Below, piece after piece: positions 36,901-50,375 of a DNA stretch of 64,000 bases (the stretch's first letter is position 1; each line of letters begins with the position of its first letter). The notes beneath the pieces are model-generated. The model ran no database searches. It saw only the letters and a list, made by a program, of their open reading frames with translations, and had not been told where the DNA came from. The position numbers and the translations under genes are program-made. The DNA comes from Epiperipatus broadwayi (Eukaryota; Animalia; Onychophora). The DNA lies in assembly GCA_028023455.1 (NCBI GenBank), contig JAQFVV010000001.1:1178001-1242000 (forward strand), read 5' to 3'.

Positions 36901-39900
36901 AATATTTCACAAAATCATTACCTTCATTTTTATCCAGTATGTTCATCCACTACAGGTTACTATTGCATTTCAAAAAGGGGCTGGTTTATTTAAGCTGAAT
37001 GGCATTACTTAATTTTCGCTGATATTCACCCAGGCACTGCTTGGAGATTCATAGCTGCATATAGAGATAAAACTATTACTGACTAGCCTATCATCCTTAT
37101 GCTTCCCATATTAATACTTTTCTTTTCAACATCCACCAACTGTAGGTGTGGCTGTAAATATAATTATTCAAAGGTGACTGCACTAAAACCACTTGGCAAC
37201 TAAACAGCTAAATAACACGTAGATAAATCTTTTTATCTTCAAGCTCCACGATTTATATCCTGAACAAGTCTCCGGATTAATCTAGCATGACTCCACTATC
37301 TGATTTGTCAAAAAACTTTCATTTAAGCCCATGTGTTTTTATCTTCTTGATGATTGGACAGTTTAGTTTTAGTGAGAACAGATGAGGAATTGGGCAGATT
37401 ATGCCTTGTTTTCCAAATTTGATAAACTTTGCCCCAAGCAATTATTACACTTTGTATTGTAATGGTATGAAAAGTAGAGCTGCTTTAACTCAATCTAGAG
37501 ATGCAGGTTGAGGGGTTACCTACTCCTCCAGATTGCCACTAAGCAACTTACTCCCCAAAACCTCACTAGAATTTCTTCTCAATGTATACCCAGTGGTCAG
37601 GGAGAGATAAGACTCGAAGGAGGAATTTACAAATAAGAATAAGTGATATGTGAATGTATTAAAAATAAAAAAGATTTATTGTTCATAAAAGAATTAAAGT
37701 TTATTATATACAAAAGAAAAACACAAGATCACTATCTAAAGAGGCAGTCATTGACTTCTCGGTCTACCCGAGAGCATCAATGGGCTGACAATAACTACAT
37801 ATAGGCAGTAAACATCGGTTTTTAGTTCACAAAATCATATTACATTTACTTGGCATGGGATGAATGATTTTTGGAAGAGAGAGAGAATAAAAGGGATCAC
37901 TCAGAGGTGGCAGAGAAAGAAAGAAAAATCAAAACAAACAAATTACTAGTTAAATAGATGTTCTTTGAGCTGTAATAGAAACAGCCTGTAACTTAAATTT
38001 GAATCCCCTTTCTTTTCTTTTTTACATCACCCACTTCATCAGGTTTTCTGCATAGTGCCTTGAGCAAAGAAGATAGTCAGGCTTAATAAAACAAATGTAT
38101 TAACTAAATGTATTACTCAGAGATTTGTTGTTTTTCTCCTTTTCTTGGCAGGCAGTTTTCCAGAGATATTTCTCTCTATGAGGAGTGTAGACAGAATGAG
38201 GCTGGACAGCGCCCCAGCCCTAAAAGATAGTAGGGTAAGAAGGAACTCGTTCGCGGAGCATGATCCGAGTTCAGAATGGAGTATAACGCTTATGTCCAGT
38301 CACTAATAGGTTGTACATATAACAATTTCCGGAATCTTATCCAGAGATGTCCGTAAGATAAGCCCACCAATATGGAGATTGAAATAAGACACAATTTATA
38401 AAGATATTTCCGACTCAGTAATAAAGATTAAGATGGAATAATAATCCGTTTAAAAAAAATCAAGCCTGAAATGAAATACTAATATCTAAATTCTCATGCC
38501 ACAAAGCTCTCACAAAACTGAGATAAAAATTTAGATTAAAAAGAAATTCCCTTATATTATTGATCTTTACATAATTGTTTAGCTATGTATGCTTACTAGT
38601 GGCTTAATAAAAGGATACGAGAACTCTATTTAACCAACTCTACCCACCTCTGTTAATGGAACTTCTTTAGCGTTTCTAGATTATAAAAACACTCTCCCAC
38701 TTAAATATACATGTTATTTTCAATCATTTCACCCCAATTATATGACTACATATATGCACATATGCAATTCTAATTCAGATTGAAAAAGCAAAATGTGAAA
38801 CCAAAAAAAAGGAAAACTATAAGTTGAGTTTAGTTTCAATTATTTTGCTTTTTCTTTTAGTAAACCGAAATAAGAACGATCCACTGATTTTTTTTACAAC
38901 AAAATAAAACAAAAACATTAATCTAATTTATAATGACTTCTGCCGAGGTAAATTACCTTGTATATAAAAAAAACAAATGACAGAATATTTTATTATTCTG
39001 CTTTTTAATAAAATGTTTAAAACTAATTAAATCACACAAATATATATATAAAAGAACTAAATGTGCATATACTAACCTGTTTGCTGTGATATTACTAACA
39101 GTTGAATGCATTTGGAATATTTAACTAAAAATTAAACTTTTCTAAAGACATTCAACACACATATTAGATGATGGAAATAGTCCAATATAAAAATACAAAT
39201 GTACGTATATGTTTTGTTGATGATAATATTTAAAATAAACCAAACATTAATACAAAATTTATATTGCCGGTAATTTTTGAAAAGGGTACGTCTTTAGCTA
39301 GATAATCTTACGGAGATTCCAGTGCACTACACAAATAACGGCTTATCTTGATTTTAGTCCTTCATTATCCATGACTGGCAGCAGGCATTTGGTCAGGCAA
39401 GAAAATGTTCTAGCACCAAATCTACATTTTGATATTAAACCTTTCCAGCTCCAGCAAAAACAGGAAACCGTTGAGAGAGAGAAAGAAAAATTCTACTCGG
39501 CCATTTCCATTATAGCACCCAAAAATTCTTTAAGTTTCTTTGAATATTGATGGTTCCAAACTCTACAGCAGGGAGCTAATATACCCTTATTTGTGGAAGC
39601 TTTTACTCACAAGTTAACTATATTTCTTCTTCACTAAAATATCTTGTGCTATTTTTCAGTCCTAGCGGTTGAACTGACCCAGGTAAAAGCTGCACAGAAA
39701 CTAAAAGTTCTCTCTATCCACTTAACTTGTTAGCCATCTTGCATTCCAATCCCCATTGTTCTCTATCTTATTTTTAATTACAGTCTTTTTTTTAATTTTT
39801 TTTTTTATCTAATTAATCTTTTTCTCCAATGAGTTTTAGAAATTTTATTTCGTTATCTAAAAATAAAATCTTTTTATTTTATTTTCTAAAATTAAAAAAA

Positions 39901-40859
39901 AACATTCCATAAATTTTTTTCTACTTTAAATGTAGTCTACATTCACTGTGGTTGAACTGAGGATCTTTAGTTAAACCACAGTGAATGGTGAAGCAAACAT
40001 ATATATATATTCCATGTGTATATATGTATAGCTTCAGTACACAATAGCATCGAATCAAAAATATAATATTTTAATAAATGCCAGTTTTAAATGCTTAAAG
40101 ATTTCATGATTTAAAAATTATAAAAATTAATGATGAGGACTTATCTTTTTTTAACTCTTAATTATTATTTAAAATAATGATTTTTTTTCCTCTTAAATTT
40201 AAACATTTTGCTTTTTTTAATAAGATTATTGAAAAGTTGGCTTCTTTTATATATGTCTGTTTTATTTTAATCAATCAATTTAGGTAGAAGGTGAAAATAA
40301 TTCTTAAATATATTCATGAAACAATGCATCTGTTTCAATATATATATATATTGTAACCAGACTACCTACTAATCCCTCACTTGGTTGATTTTATTTCCTG
40401 ATGAGCATATTGCAGGATGGAAACAAAGATTGGCATAACCCAATGTTTCCTGCTCATCAGAGGATGTAGCTTTAAAGAGACTGGAAACATCTAGAAATTT
40501 TTTTTGGTTTCCCAAATGGTGTCATTAGAGTTCCAGCTTACCACAGCCTTACTTATTTAAATCTGGTTATGCCAAATATAGCTCAGGAGGCATGAAATTC
40601 TTATGAAAAAATGCAATAAATGATGAGTGTTGTGAAATGAAACTGACTAGATAGATTAGTTTTAGATAACAATGATTTATTTATTTAACAACAAAAATTT
40701 TTGACAGTTCATCTTTGGATTTACATTTTCCTGTATGTGCATATATTCCTAGGCCAGTTTGATTTACATTTAATCATTCTTTTACTAACCATCGATGATT
40801 GGTGCAATAAATCCTTCAACTATAAGTTCTGTACAAATATTCATCCTTGATTTTGGTAT

Positions 40860-41385
40860 GTGGATGTAGATCTCAGTCATTCATCTTTGATCCAAGTAAG
40901 TGGATATAAATTCAAGTCATTGATCTTTGATCTAGGTGTCTGGGTGTAAATTTAAGTCATTCATCTTTAATCCAGGTGGATGTAGATTTATGTATTCATT
41001 TATATCAAAATATTAGCATTCAGATTTGTAGATTTAAGTCATTCATTTATTTAACTCATCTTTAATCCAGGCATATGGATGTAGACCTAAGTCACTCATG
41101 TATTCAAAATTTAATTATCTAATTCAGGTTTGTAGATTTGAGTCACTCATTTACTTAATTCAGCTTTGATCCAGGCATATGGATATAACCTAAGTCACTC
41201 ATGTATTCAAAATATTAATTATCTAATTCTGGTTTGTAGATTTGAGTCACTCATTTACTTAATTCAGCTTTGATCCAGGCATATGGATGGAGACCTAAGT
41301 CACTCATGTATTCAAAATATTAATTATCTAATTCAGGTTTGTAGATTTGAGTCACTCATTTACTTAATTCCGCTTTGATCCAGGT
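40860..41385 (+). repeat. Minisatellite inside the 3' LTR of element B
   Basis: Recurrent gtagatttaagtcattcatctttgatccagg units, ending in a triplicated higher-order unit of about 110 bp; equivalent array at 45530-45850 and 47625-47800. Confidence 0.88.
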
Positions 41386-43232
41386 ATATTTTTACATAGA
41401 AGCATTTTTAATCTGTGTATTATAACGGTATATTTAATCCCTGTGCATATTTGAAGTAGAAACATTCCAATTTAATTTTTCTATAGAAGCATTACAAATT
41501 CTGTATTCACATATATATAAATACATCTTTAACTTACATATTATATTTTTATTTATTTTTAAATCAATATTCTTAAGTTTCTTAAAATCAGTATAATTAT
41601 TATTCTTTAGAAACATTATTTCCTTACGTTCCATTTGATAAATCAATCATTTGAATACTTGCATATTGTTTTATAAGTTAATTATTTCAACAAATACATT
41701 TTCAAAAAATATATTTAACTATTATAAATGTATCTAAATTTTTCTTATCTTGACATTCAATGATTGGTGGGTTTTTTTAAATCTTCACGTCATAAAGGGG
41801 TTACTTGGACTGAATTGCATACTGAATTACTGCTGCTCCTAATTGGGCATATTTTCTGATTTTTCTGGGCTTTTCATATAGTTGGAGAGAGAGGAAGAAC
41901 TGCTTTTAGCCATTCATTCTGGAGTTTTTTGAGTTAATACGTTTTTCCATTATTCAGTTATCTTGTAACTAAAAGTTTTTCTGCTGATGATAACTGCAGT
42001 TTCCAACTTGATTATTTTAGAATTCCAAAAAGTAATATATTGTGTGGCAATGGCTATAATTTTCAACAGGTCTCACTCTTGACTATCCTAATAACTGATT
42101 GTACTGTAACTATAACTAACTTATCTAATTAAGCTGCTCTTTTTATTTCTTCTGCTTCCCACATTTTTTCATCCACTAACATGTATTTAAAAAACACCTG
42201 ATTAAGAGCCCAAGGCAAGAAGGTGATGCTATTTTTAAGGGTTTTTAATTTAAATCTGAAAACATATAGCTCTAAAATAAATTGTACCTGTAATATTTTA
42301 AATTGAATAAAATATCAATTAATGATAAAGATTTATTAGTTAAATGCATCTATATATTTTTTATTTTGTTATTTGTTTTTATAACACAGTTGGAAATATT
42401 TTACTGAAGCAGTGTCAGTTTTATTTTTAATTTAAACTACTTTAACTGGGGGGTATCTTTAAAATTTATATCTGAAACATGTCTGTTTCATCCCCCCCCC
42501 CCCACATACACACACACAATTTTTGGGATGAAATTGCTTGGAAATATGATTTCATTTCACACAGTATGAATGCCATTACTCATTACTGGGTCTCTACTGG
42601 AGTTAGATAAGCTGATGAAATAAGTAAGATGGGAAAAGTGAATACATGAACTGTAGCCTCCAATATCAGGATATGCAGATGGCCAAGTATGAACTACCAG
42701 TGCACAATGCTACATGATGTCACTAGAAAATATCTCACTTTTTAAGCACTACCTCTCTTGTACCTAGAGAGATCATCCAAATAAGTGTAGGAGCCAGAAA
42801 CATATTTGACACTGAGCAAGCCCTGCTCATCTTTTGTGAGTCTTAGGGGCCTATTCACATGATGTCTTCATGAGATCTTTCAATCACTGCTGGACTACTC
42901 TAGGAGCTCAACATCTAGCTTTGGGTAGTGCCGAGCATATACTTTGGAGCATCATGAAAATAATGCATCCAAGCAGCCCTGCTCAATCATCCACCCATCC
43001 CAACATGAAAAACACAAATTCAGCATAACTATATCTTACAAACTTCTTCCATCAGCTACCTTTGCTCATTGTCCAGAATTGTAGGTGCATCGTGGCTTAG
43101 AAGACATAGGGTCATGATCAGTTCTCCTATAATGCTCTTTTGTGTTACATGGTGATATGTCTATTTTTGGATGTTTTTCAGGCCATACATAATCCTGGTG
43201 GCTTGTGTTTCTACCTGCAAAGAATCTTTTTA

Positions 43233-43814
43233 TTACATGGGTCTGGTATGGGCTATGTATACTGCCTGTTGAATTTCTCCACCTCCTTTTCCATGATGGT
43301 ATCTTTTTATTACATGGGTCTGGTATGGGTTATGTATACTGCCTGTTGAATTTCTCTGCCTCCTTTTCCATGATGGTAGCCCATTTCTTTGGTGATAATA
43401 CCATGATGGTGGGTCATAGTTGCAATAGTTTCTTGGAGGCAGTTTCCTTTTATAACTGATAACTCCTATCCTAGGCCCATCATCTCTTTCATAGGAAGAT
43501 TTATTTGGCAGCTTGGATCCTTTATTTATTGATGTACTGCAGTTATTGTATGCAGTTAACAGTTCATCTACCTGTCCAATAGATCGACGATCTATTCTGG
43601 TCAGCATCCTCTCTACATAACTCGAGAAGCTGTGGTGGATCAACCTGATAATCTGGAGTTTTGATAGAGGGTCAGATGTCAGGGCCCTTAACTTGGCCAC
43701 CTGTCTTCTAAAGAAGGGTGTATAAGGTTCTCCAGGTGGACATTTTTTCTGTGACACTTTGTATTTAATGCCCTCTTGACAATAATCACTCCAGTAACAA
43801 CTTGTTAGTGCCAC
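43233..43814 (-). pseudogene. Gag/capsid-like ORF remnant of LTR element B
   Basis: GEPYTPFFRRQVAKLRALTSDPLSKLQIIRLIHHSF...SIGQVDELL resembles a Ty3/Gypsy capsid C-lobe; lies between PBS-side LTR and PPT. Confidence 0.6.
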
Positions 43815-45854
43815 TTTGAAATCCTGAAAATTTGTAGGCTGACTGAACAGGGAGTCTCACAATGACTGTGCTGCAACCTGAAGATGGCTACAAGCTATCA
43901 CCAATTTTGCCTCTTTCATGAAGGCATTTATGCTGAAGTATCTCCAGACTTTTGAGCTACTCAATGGGTGCTTCATTATAGCTTCCAGCAAAAGTTTGTA
44001 TTTTAAGCAACTGATTCACTATTTCATGACTAACTTTATAACTTTCTTCTTGAATTTCTTTTGGGACTGTTTTGGTCCTTTCTTCTATTGGCAATGCACT
44101 GCTACTTTTCATCTCTTTCATTTGGGTGGTCAACATATCCACCTGCTTCTGCATGGATTCTTGGATTTTTATAATTTTTGTATCCATGACTTCACACATT
44201 TCGGTCATCTTGACTTCTTGCTCAATTAGTGACCCTTTTACTTCATCCATCACTTTATAATTTTTAATATTCTATCTCATTTCTTTCATTATTTGATTGA
44301 TCTTTTCATTTTGGCTTTCAGTTGCTTCTCTGATCTTTTTTTGTCTTTTTTCTTTGATCATCCCTTCTATTTTCTTCTTCTCTTTGTCTCTTATTTTCAT
44401 CTCTGTGTTCTTTCTTTTTCTGTTATCTTCATTTCTTTGTTCATCTCTTTTTCTATTATCTTTATTTCTTTGCTCATATCTTTTTTATTACATTTCTTTC
44501 TATTATCTTCATTCCATTAGCTTGACTAACGTGGAAGTTTCCTGTTTTCTGTGATTCTTCTACTTGTTGACCAACTTCTTTTGGATTATTATCTTCTTGT
44601 TTCTGTTTTTCACTAGAAAGATTCTTCTCAGCTTCTGTGTTCATCATCTTTTTTTTGCTCTGGTTATCATCTAATTTTTAAACTTGTACTTTCTTTCTTT
44701 CTTTTGATATTCTACTATTGTATTTCAACTTTGGTAAGCTTCCCTCTCTCTCCATTCTATGATTTAGCTCCAACTTTTTTTCATGCCTGTTTTATTCATT
44801 ATATACTATTCATTTTTAATTGGCTCTCTTAGTTTCCTTTTTTTTTAGTCCATTTCACATTCCCACACCATGTGCACTGTTTATATCTACAGAATCATAA
44901 TTTGCTTTTGCCTTCCAAATTTTCTACATTTATTTTCTTCTAGCTTTTTACACTTATAGGCAGACTAGCTAGATCAGATATGATGATAGGGCAACAAATA
45001 TAACTGGACTGCCTACCAGCTCCTCACTCAGTTGATTTTATTTCCTGGTGAGCATATTGCAGAATGGAAACAAAGATTTGGCATTACCCAATATTTATCT
45101 TACCACCCTACAACAATATTTCCTACTCAACAGAGAATATAGCATTAAAGAGACTGGAAACATCTAGAAAAATTGTTTGTTTGGTTTCCCAAACAGCATC
45201 ACTAGGGTTCCAGCTTACACAACCTTATTTATTCAGATCTGGTTATGCCAAACATAGCTCAGGCGGCATGAGAACATAGCTCAAGAGGCATGAGATTCAT
45301 GTGAACAAATATAATAAATGATGAGTGATGTGAAATGAAACTGACTAAGTAGATTAGTTTTAGATAACAATGATTTATTTATTTAACAGCAAAAGTTATT
45401 GACAGTTCATCTTTGGATTTACATTTTCCTGTATGCACATATATTCCTAGGCCAGTTTGATTTACATTTTAATCATTCTTTTACTAACCATCAATGATTG
45501 GTGCGATAAATCCTTCAACTAAGGTTCATCCTTGATTTTGATATATGGATGTAGATCTCAGTCATTCATCTTTGATCCAGGTATGTGGATATAGATCCAG
45601 ATATGTGAATATAAATTCAAGTTATTCATCTTTCATCCAGGTGAATGTAGATTTATATCGTTCATGTATTTAGTGCATTTTTAATCCAGGTATCTGGATA
45701 TAGGTTCAAGTCATTCATTTATATCAAAATATTGTCTAATTCAGATTTGTAGATTTAAGTCATTCATTTATTTAATTCATCCTTAATCTAGACATATGGA
45801 TGTAGATTTATGCCATTCAATTATATTAACACATTAATTATTTAATTCAGATTT

Positions 45855-47624
45855 ATAAACAATATTTATCTAAATCGCATGTTGAAAATTGATAATAAAT
45901 TGAAAGTATGCTAGCCTTTCTCACATGCGCAATTATAACAGAGAAAGCCAATCAGATTTTAAACAGATATCCAATAAATAATCAAGCTTAGACACGAGAC
46001 AGAGATTTTGATAGAAAAGATTGATACCAACCTTTTCTAAACTTAACTTTTATATATATAAGCCAGTCTTAAGCATCTTAGCCCAAAAGCTTTAAATATA
46101 TAAACAAATACAATTATCATTCATTGTGTTATAAATATAATATATTACGGCACGAAATCTCAGATTTACTATACCGCAATTTTCATAGCAGCAACATTTA
46201 TAAACAATATTTATCTAAATCGCATGTTGAAAATTGATAATAAATTGAAAGTATGCTAGCCTTTCTCACATGCGCAATTATAACAGAGAAAGCCAATCAG
46301 ATTTTAAACAGATATCTAATAAATAATCAAGCTTAGACACGAGACAGAGATTTTGATAGAAAAGGTTGATACCAACCCTTTTCTAAACTTAACTTTTATA
46401 TATATAAGCCAGTCTTAAGCATCTTAGCCTGAAAGCTTTAAATATATAAACACATACAATTATCATTCATTGTGTTATAAATATAATATATTACGGCAGA
46501 AATCTCAGATTTACTATACCACAATTTTCATAGCTTTCTCTGTTATAATTGTGCATGTGAGAAAGGCTAGCATACTTTCAATTTATTATCAATTTTCAAC
46601 ATGCGATTTAGATAAATTTTGTTTACAAACGTTGCTGCTATGAAAATTGCGGTATAGTAAATCTGAGATTTCGTGCCGTAATATTATTATATTTATAACA
46701 CAATGAATGATAATTGTATTTGTTTATATATTTAAAGCTTTTGGGCTAAGATGCTTAAGACTGGCTTATATATATAAAAGTTAAGTTTAGAAAAGGGTTG
46801 GTATCAACCTTTTCTATCAAAATCTCTGTCTCGTGTCTAAGCTTGATTATTTATTAGATATCTGTTTAAAATCTGATTGGCTTTCTTGTTATAATTGTGC
46901 ATGTGAGAAAGGCTAGCATACTTTCAATTTATTATCAATTTTCAACATGCGATTTAGATAAATATTGTTTACAAACGTTGCTGCTATGAAAATTGCGGTA
47001 TAGTAAATCTGAGATTTCGTGCCGTAATATATTATATTTATAACACAATGAATGATAATTGTATTTGTTTATATATTTAAAGCTTTCAGACTAAGATGCT
47101 TAAGACTGGCTTATATATATAAAAGTTAAGTTTAGAAAAGGTTGGTATCAATCTTTTCTATCAAAATCTTTGTCTCGTGTCTAAGCTTGATTGTTTATTA
47201 GATATCTGTTTAAAATCTGATTGGCTTTCTCTGTTATAATTGCACATGTGAGAAAGGCTAGCATACTTTCAATTTATTATCAATTTTCAACATGCGATTT
47301 AGATAAATATTGTTGACAAATGTTGCTGCTATGAAAATTGCGGTATAGTAAATCTGAGATTTCGTGCCGTAATATATTATATTTATAACACAATGAATGA
47401 TAATTGTATTTGTTTATTATTTAAAGCTTTCAGGCTAAGATGCTTAAGACTGGCTTATATATATAAAAGTTAAGTTTAGAAAAGGTTGGTATCAACCTTT
47501 TCTATCAAAATCTCAGTCTCGTGTCTAAGCTTGTTTATTTATTAGATATCTGTTTAAAATCTGATTGGCTTTCTCTGTTATAATTGCGCATGTGAGAAAG
47601 GCTAGCATACTTTCAATTTATTAT
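45855..47624. repeat. 345-bp tandem/inverted array inserted in the LTR of element B
   Basis: About 2 units forward (period 345), then about 3.15 units reversed from 46533; units nearly identical; 12-bp TSD TAATTCAGATTT at 45843-45854 and 47624-47635. Confidence 0.93.
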
Positions 47625-50375
47625 AATTCAGATTTGTAAATCATTCATTTATTTAACTCATCTTTAATCCAGGCATACGGATATAGACCTAAGTCACTCA
47701 TGTATTCAAAATATTAATTATCTAATTCAGATTTGTAGATTTGATTAATTCATTTACTTAATTCAGCTTTAATCCAGGTATATGGATGCTGATTTATGTC
47801 TCTCATGTACATTAAAAATTAACCCTTGTAGATAGGTTAACCCTTCTAGATAGATGCATATTGGACTAGGAGCATAGGCAATTTAATTTTTATACTGAAG
47901 CATTTTTAATCCATGGACTATAAAAGTATATTTAATCCCTGTGCATATTTGAAATAGAAACATATTCAATTTCATGTTTTATAAAAGCATTACAAATTCT
48001 GTATTCACATATATATAAATGCATCTTTAATTTAACTTACATATTATATTTTTGATTTATTTTTTAAATCAATATTCTTAAGTTTCTTAAAATCAATATA
48101 ATTATTATTCATTAGAAACATTATTACCTTATGTTCCATTTGATAAATCAATCATTTGAATCTAAATTTTTCTTACCTTGACATTCATTGGTCAGTGTTT
48201 TGAATCTTCATATCAGGGGTTTCCTTGGATGAATGGCACACTGAATTCCTCCTGCTGTTAATTGGGCATGTTTTCTGATTTTCCTGGGCTTTTCATATTG
48301 TTGGAGAGAAAGGAAGAACTGTTTTTAGCCACTCATTCTGGAGTTCTTCAAGTTAATAATATGCTTTTCCATTATTCAGTTATCCAATAACTAAAAGTTT
48401 TTCTTCTGTTGATGATAACTGCATTTTCCAATTTGGTTATTTTAGAATTTCAAAAAGTAATAAATTGCATGGCAATGGCTACAATTTTCAACAGGTCTCA
48501 CTTTTAACCATCCTTATAACTGATTGTACTGTAACTCTAACTGTAACTAACTTACCTAATTAAGCTGCTCCTTTTATTTCTTCTGCTTTGCACATTTTTT
48601 ATCTACCAACATGTTTTTAAAAAACACCTGATTAAGAGCCCAACACAAGAGGGTGACACCATTTTTAAGCATTTTCACATTTAAATCTGAAAACATACAG
48701 CTCTAAAATAAATCATATCTGTAATATTTTAAATTGAAGATTTATCAATTAATGATAAAATTTATTAATTAAATGCATCTTTTATATTTTCTTTATTTTA
48801 CATTTTTTGTTTTTATAATACAGTTGGAAAAGTGACTTTAATTCATGGTCACTTGCTTCTTTATTTAAATTTTTATTTACTGAAACTTGTCAGTTTTATT
48901 TTTAATTTAAGCTACTTTAACTGGGGGGTGATCTTTAAAATATATATGTGAAACAACATGCATGTTTCAATATATATATATCAACAATGAGTTATTCATT
49001 ATAGTGATGACCTAATGTCAAGCCAATCACTAGGCAGCCAAGTATGGAAGATAAAAGTGGAATTCTATTATATATTTTAAACTACAATCAATATAATACA
49101 TGCAACAATAGACAGCTACAGCAATAGAAATGGAAATGCTTTTATACTAAACCCTGGAAACTAAGTGGGGTATAAAAGCAAACCCAGTTCACTTCTGTCA
49201 TCTTTTGTTATTTTTCCAAAGATACAAGTACTGTACAAAGTCAACTTTTAAAGATCCAATATTTGAATCAAAAGAAGATGGATGACTTGCTCAAACATTC
49301 CAAATTACTCATAATGTAAAATTATAAGAAGTTACAACCAACATTTGAACAGAGAAAAGTTTCATAAATTCATATGGTTTGACAAAAGAATGATTTAAAT
49401 TGAAATTTAAAAATAACTGCTATTATTCGAACATGGAGAAAAGAGAAGTAAAACATTGCTAGAATATATAAATAATGTAGTAACTTTTCTTATATAAGCT
49501 GTTTAAAGCCAAATAGTAAATTGAGAAAAAGTAAATTATTATGGATTACTGTGCAATGTATCCTGACTAAATTAATATTGCCATAGGCTGGATTGCTATA
49601 GTCCTACCATAAAATCATGATGATTAAATGTACTTGTCTGTATAATGCCTAAAGAAACATCAAAAGTCCTACAATAAGTGACTAAATGGATCCAGAAGGG
49701 GAGTAACAGCAGAAAATGGAAACAATGCTTCAAGTGCATTGTCAAGGAATTCTAGGGGGTGGTGAATGATTTACCAAGAAAGGATGTTCTGAAGAGAGAT
49801 AGACTATACATAAAAGATATTATTTTTAAACTCACGGACATTAACCAAGATGAACTAATGAACATTTTGATTTATTATATATATATTTTTATATTTGTAA
49901 AAATTCTAGTTTTATATTATCTCCATATTTGATAGATTAAGAAAATGAAGGGAAAATTATTAAGTTAGATAAAATATTTTTTTATGTTAAATAAAATTTA
50001 GGTCAACTTTCCCTCCATAGTGGCTTGACATTAGATCTATGGAATGATGTAATTTTTTTAAAAGATACTATTCTATATTAAGCACACACTACTACAGGAC
50101 AGAGTTTGTGTTTGTTTGTTTTTTTTTGTTAATTAACAATTGTTTATTTTTTCGATATAAATAGACAAATCTTCTTGTGCAGATGCTCTATCAACTTTAG
50201 GGAAATGTCATAGAGGGGGGCCACAAAGAAAATGGAACAGCAATAACTGGAATTGGGCAATGAGGCTATTATAAATATACTTGTATAATATTACAAATTA
50301 GGCAGCTTCACTGTCAATTTAAAAGAATTTTATTTTATTTTGCTTTGTAAATAATTATTGCTATGTTATGTAATT

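Larger units (their letters stand above)
28261..40337 (-). mobile_element. LTR retrotransposon A (Gypsy-like, giant LTR): 5' LTR 34460-40337, 3' LTR truncated to about 28261-28330
   Basis: TGAAACA...GTTACA termini on the minus strand; coiled-coil gag N-terminus (ORF 33884-34189) homologous to 43957-44700; flanked by (AT)n; interrupted by an RTE LINE. Confidence 0.75.
40352..48969 (-). mobile_element. LTR retrotransposon B (same family as A), two LTRs, gag-only interior
   Basis: LTRs 40352-42490 and 44999-48969 alignable end to end; poly-G PPT (42491-42503 on minus) directly before TGAAACA; gag ORFs 43957-44253 and 43233-43814; (AT)n on both sides. Confidence 0.88.

Noticed and set aside
37583-38711. 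Solo LTR bounded by TGTATA...TATACA inside LTR A
   Set aside because: No matching TSD and no second copy in the window; the extra sequence is real but its identity is unsupported.
40385-40465. CTGATGAG...GAAAC in the LTR ends as hammerheads (also near 28312, 34511, 45047)
   Set aside because: On neither strand can stem II plus helix III and a cleavage triplet be assembled; more simply an imperfect inverted repeat in the LTR.
44072-44554. Hydrophobic plus-strand ORFs as membrane proteins (also 33682-34129, 43140-43459)
   Set aside because: They are antisense shadows of the purine-rich gag coiled-coil on the minus strand.
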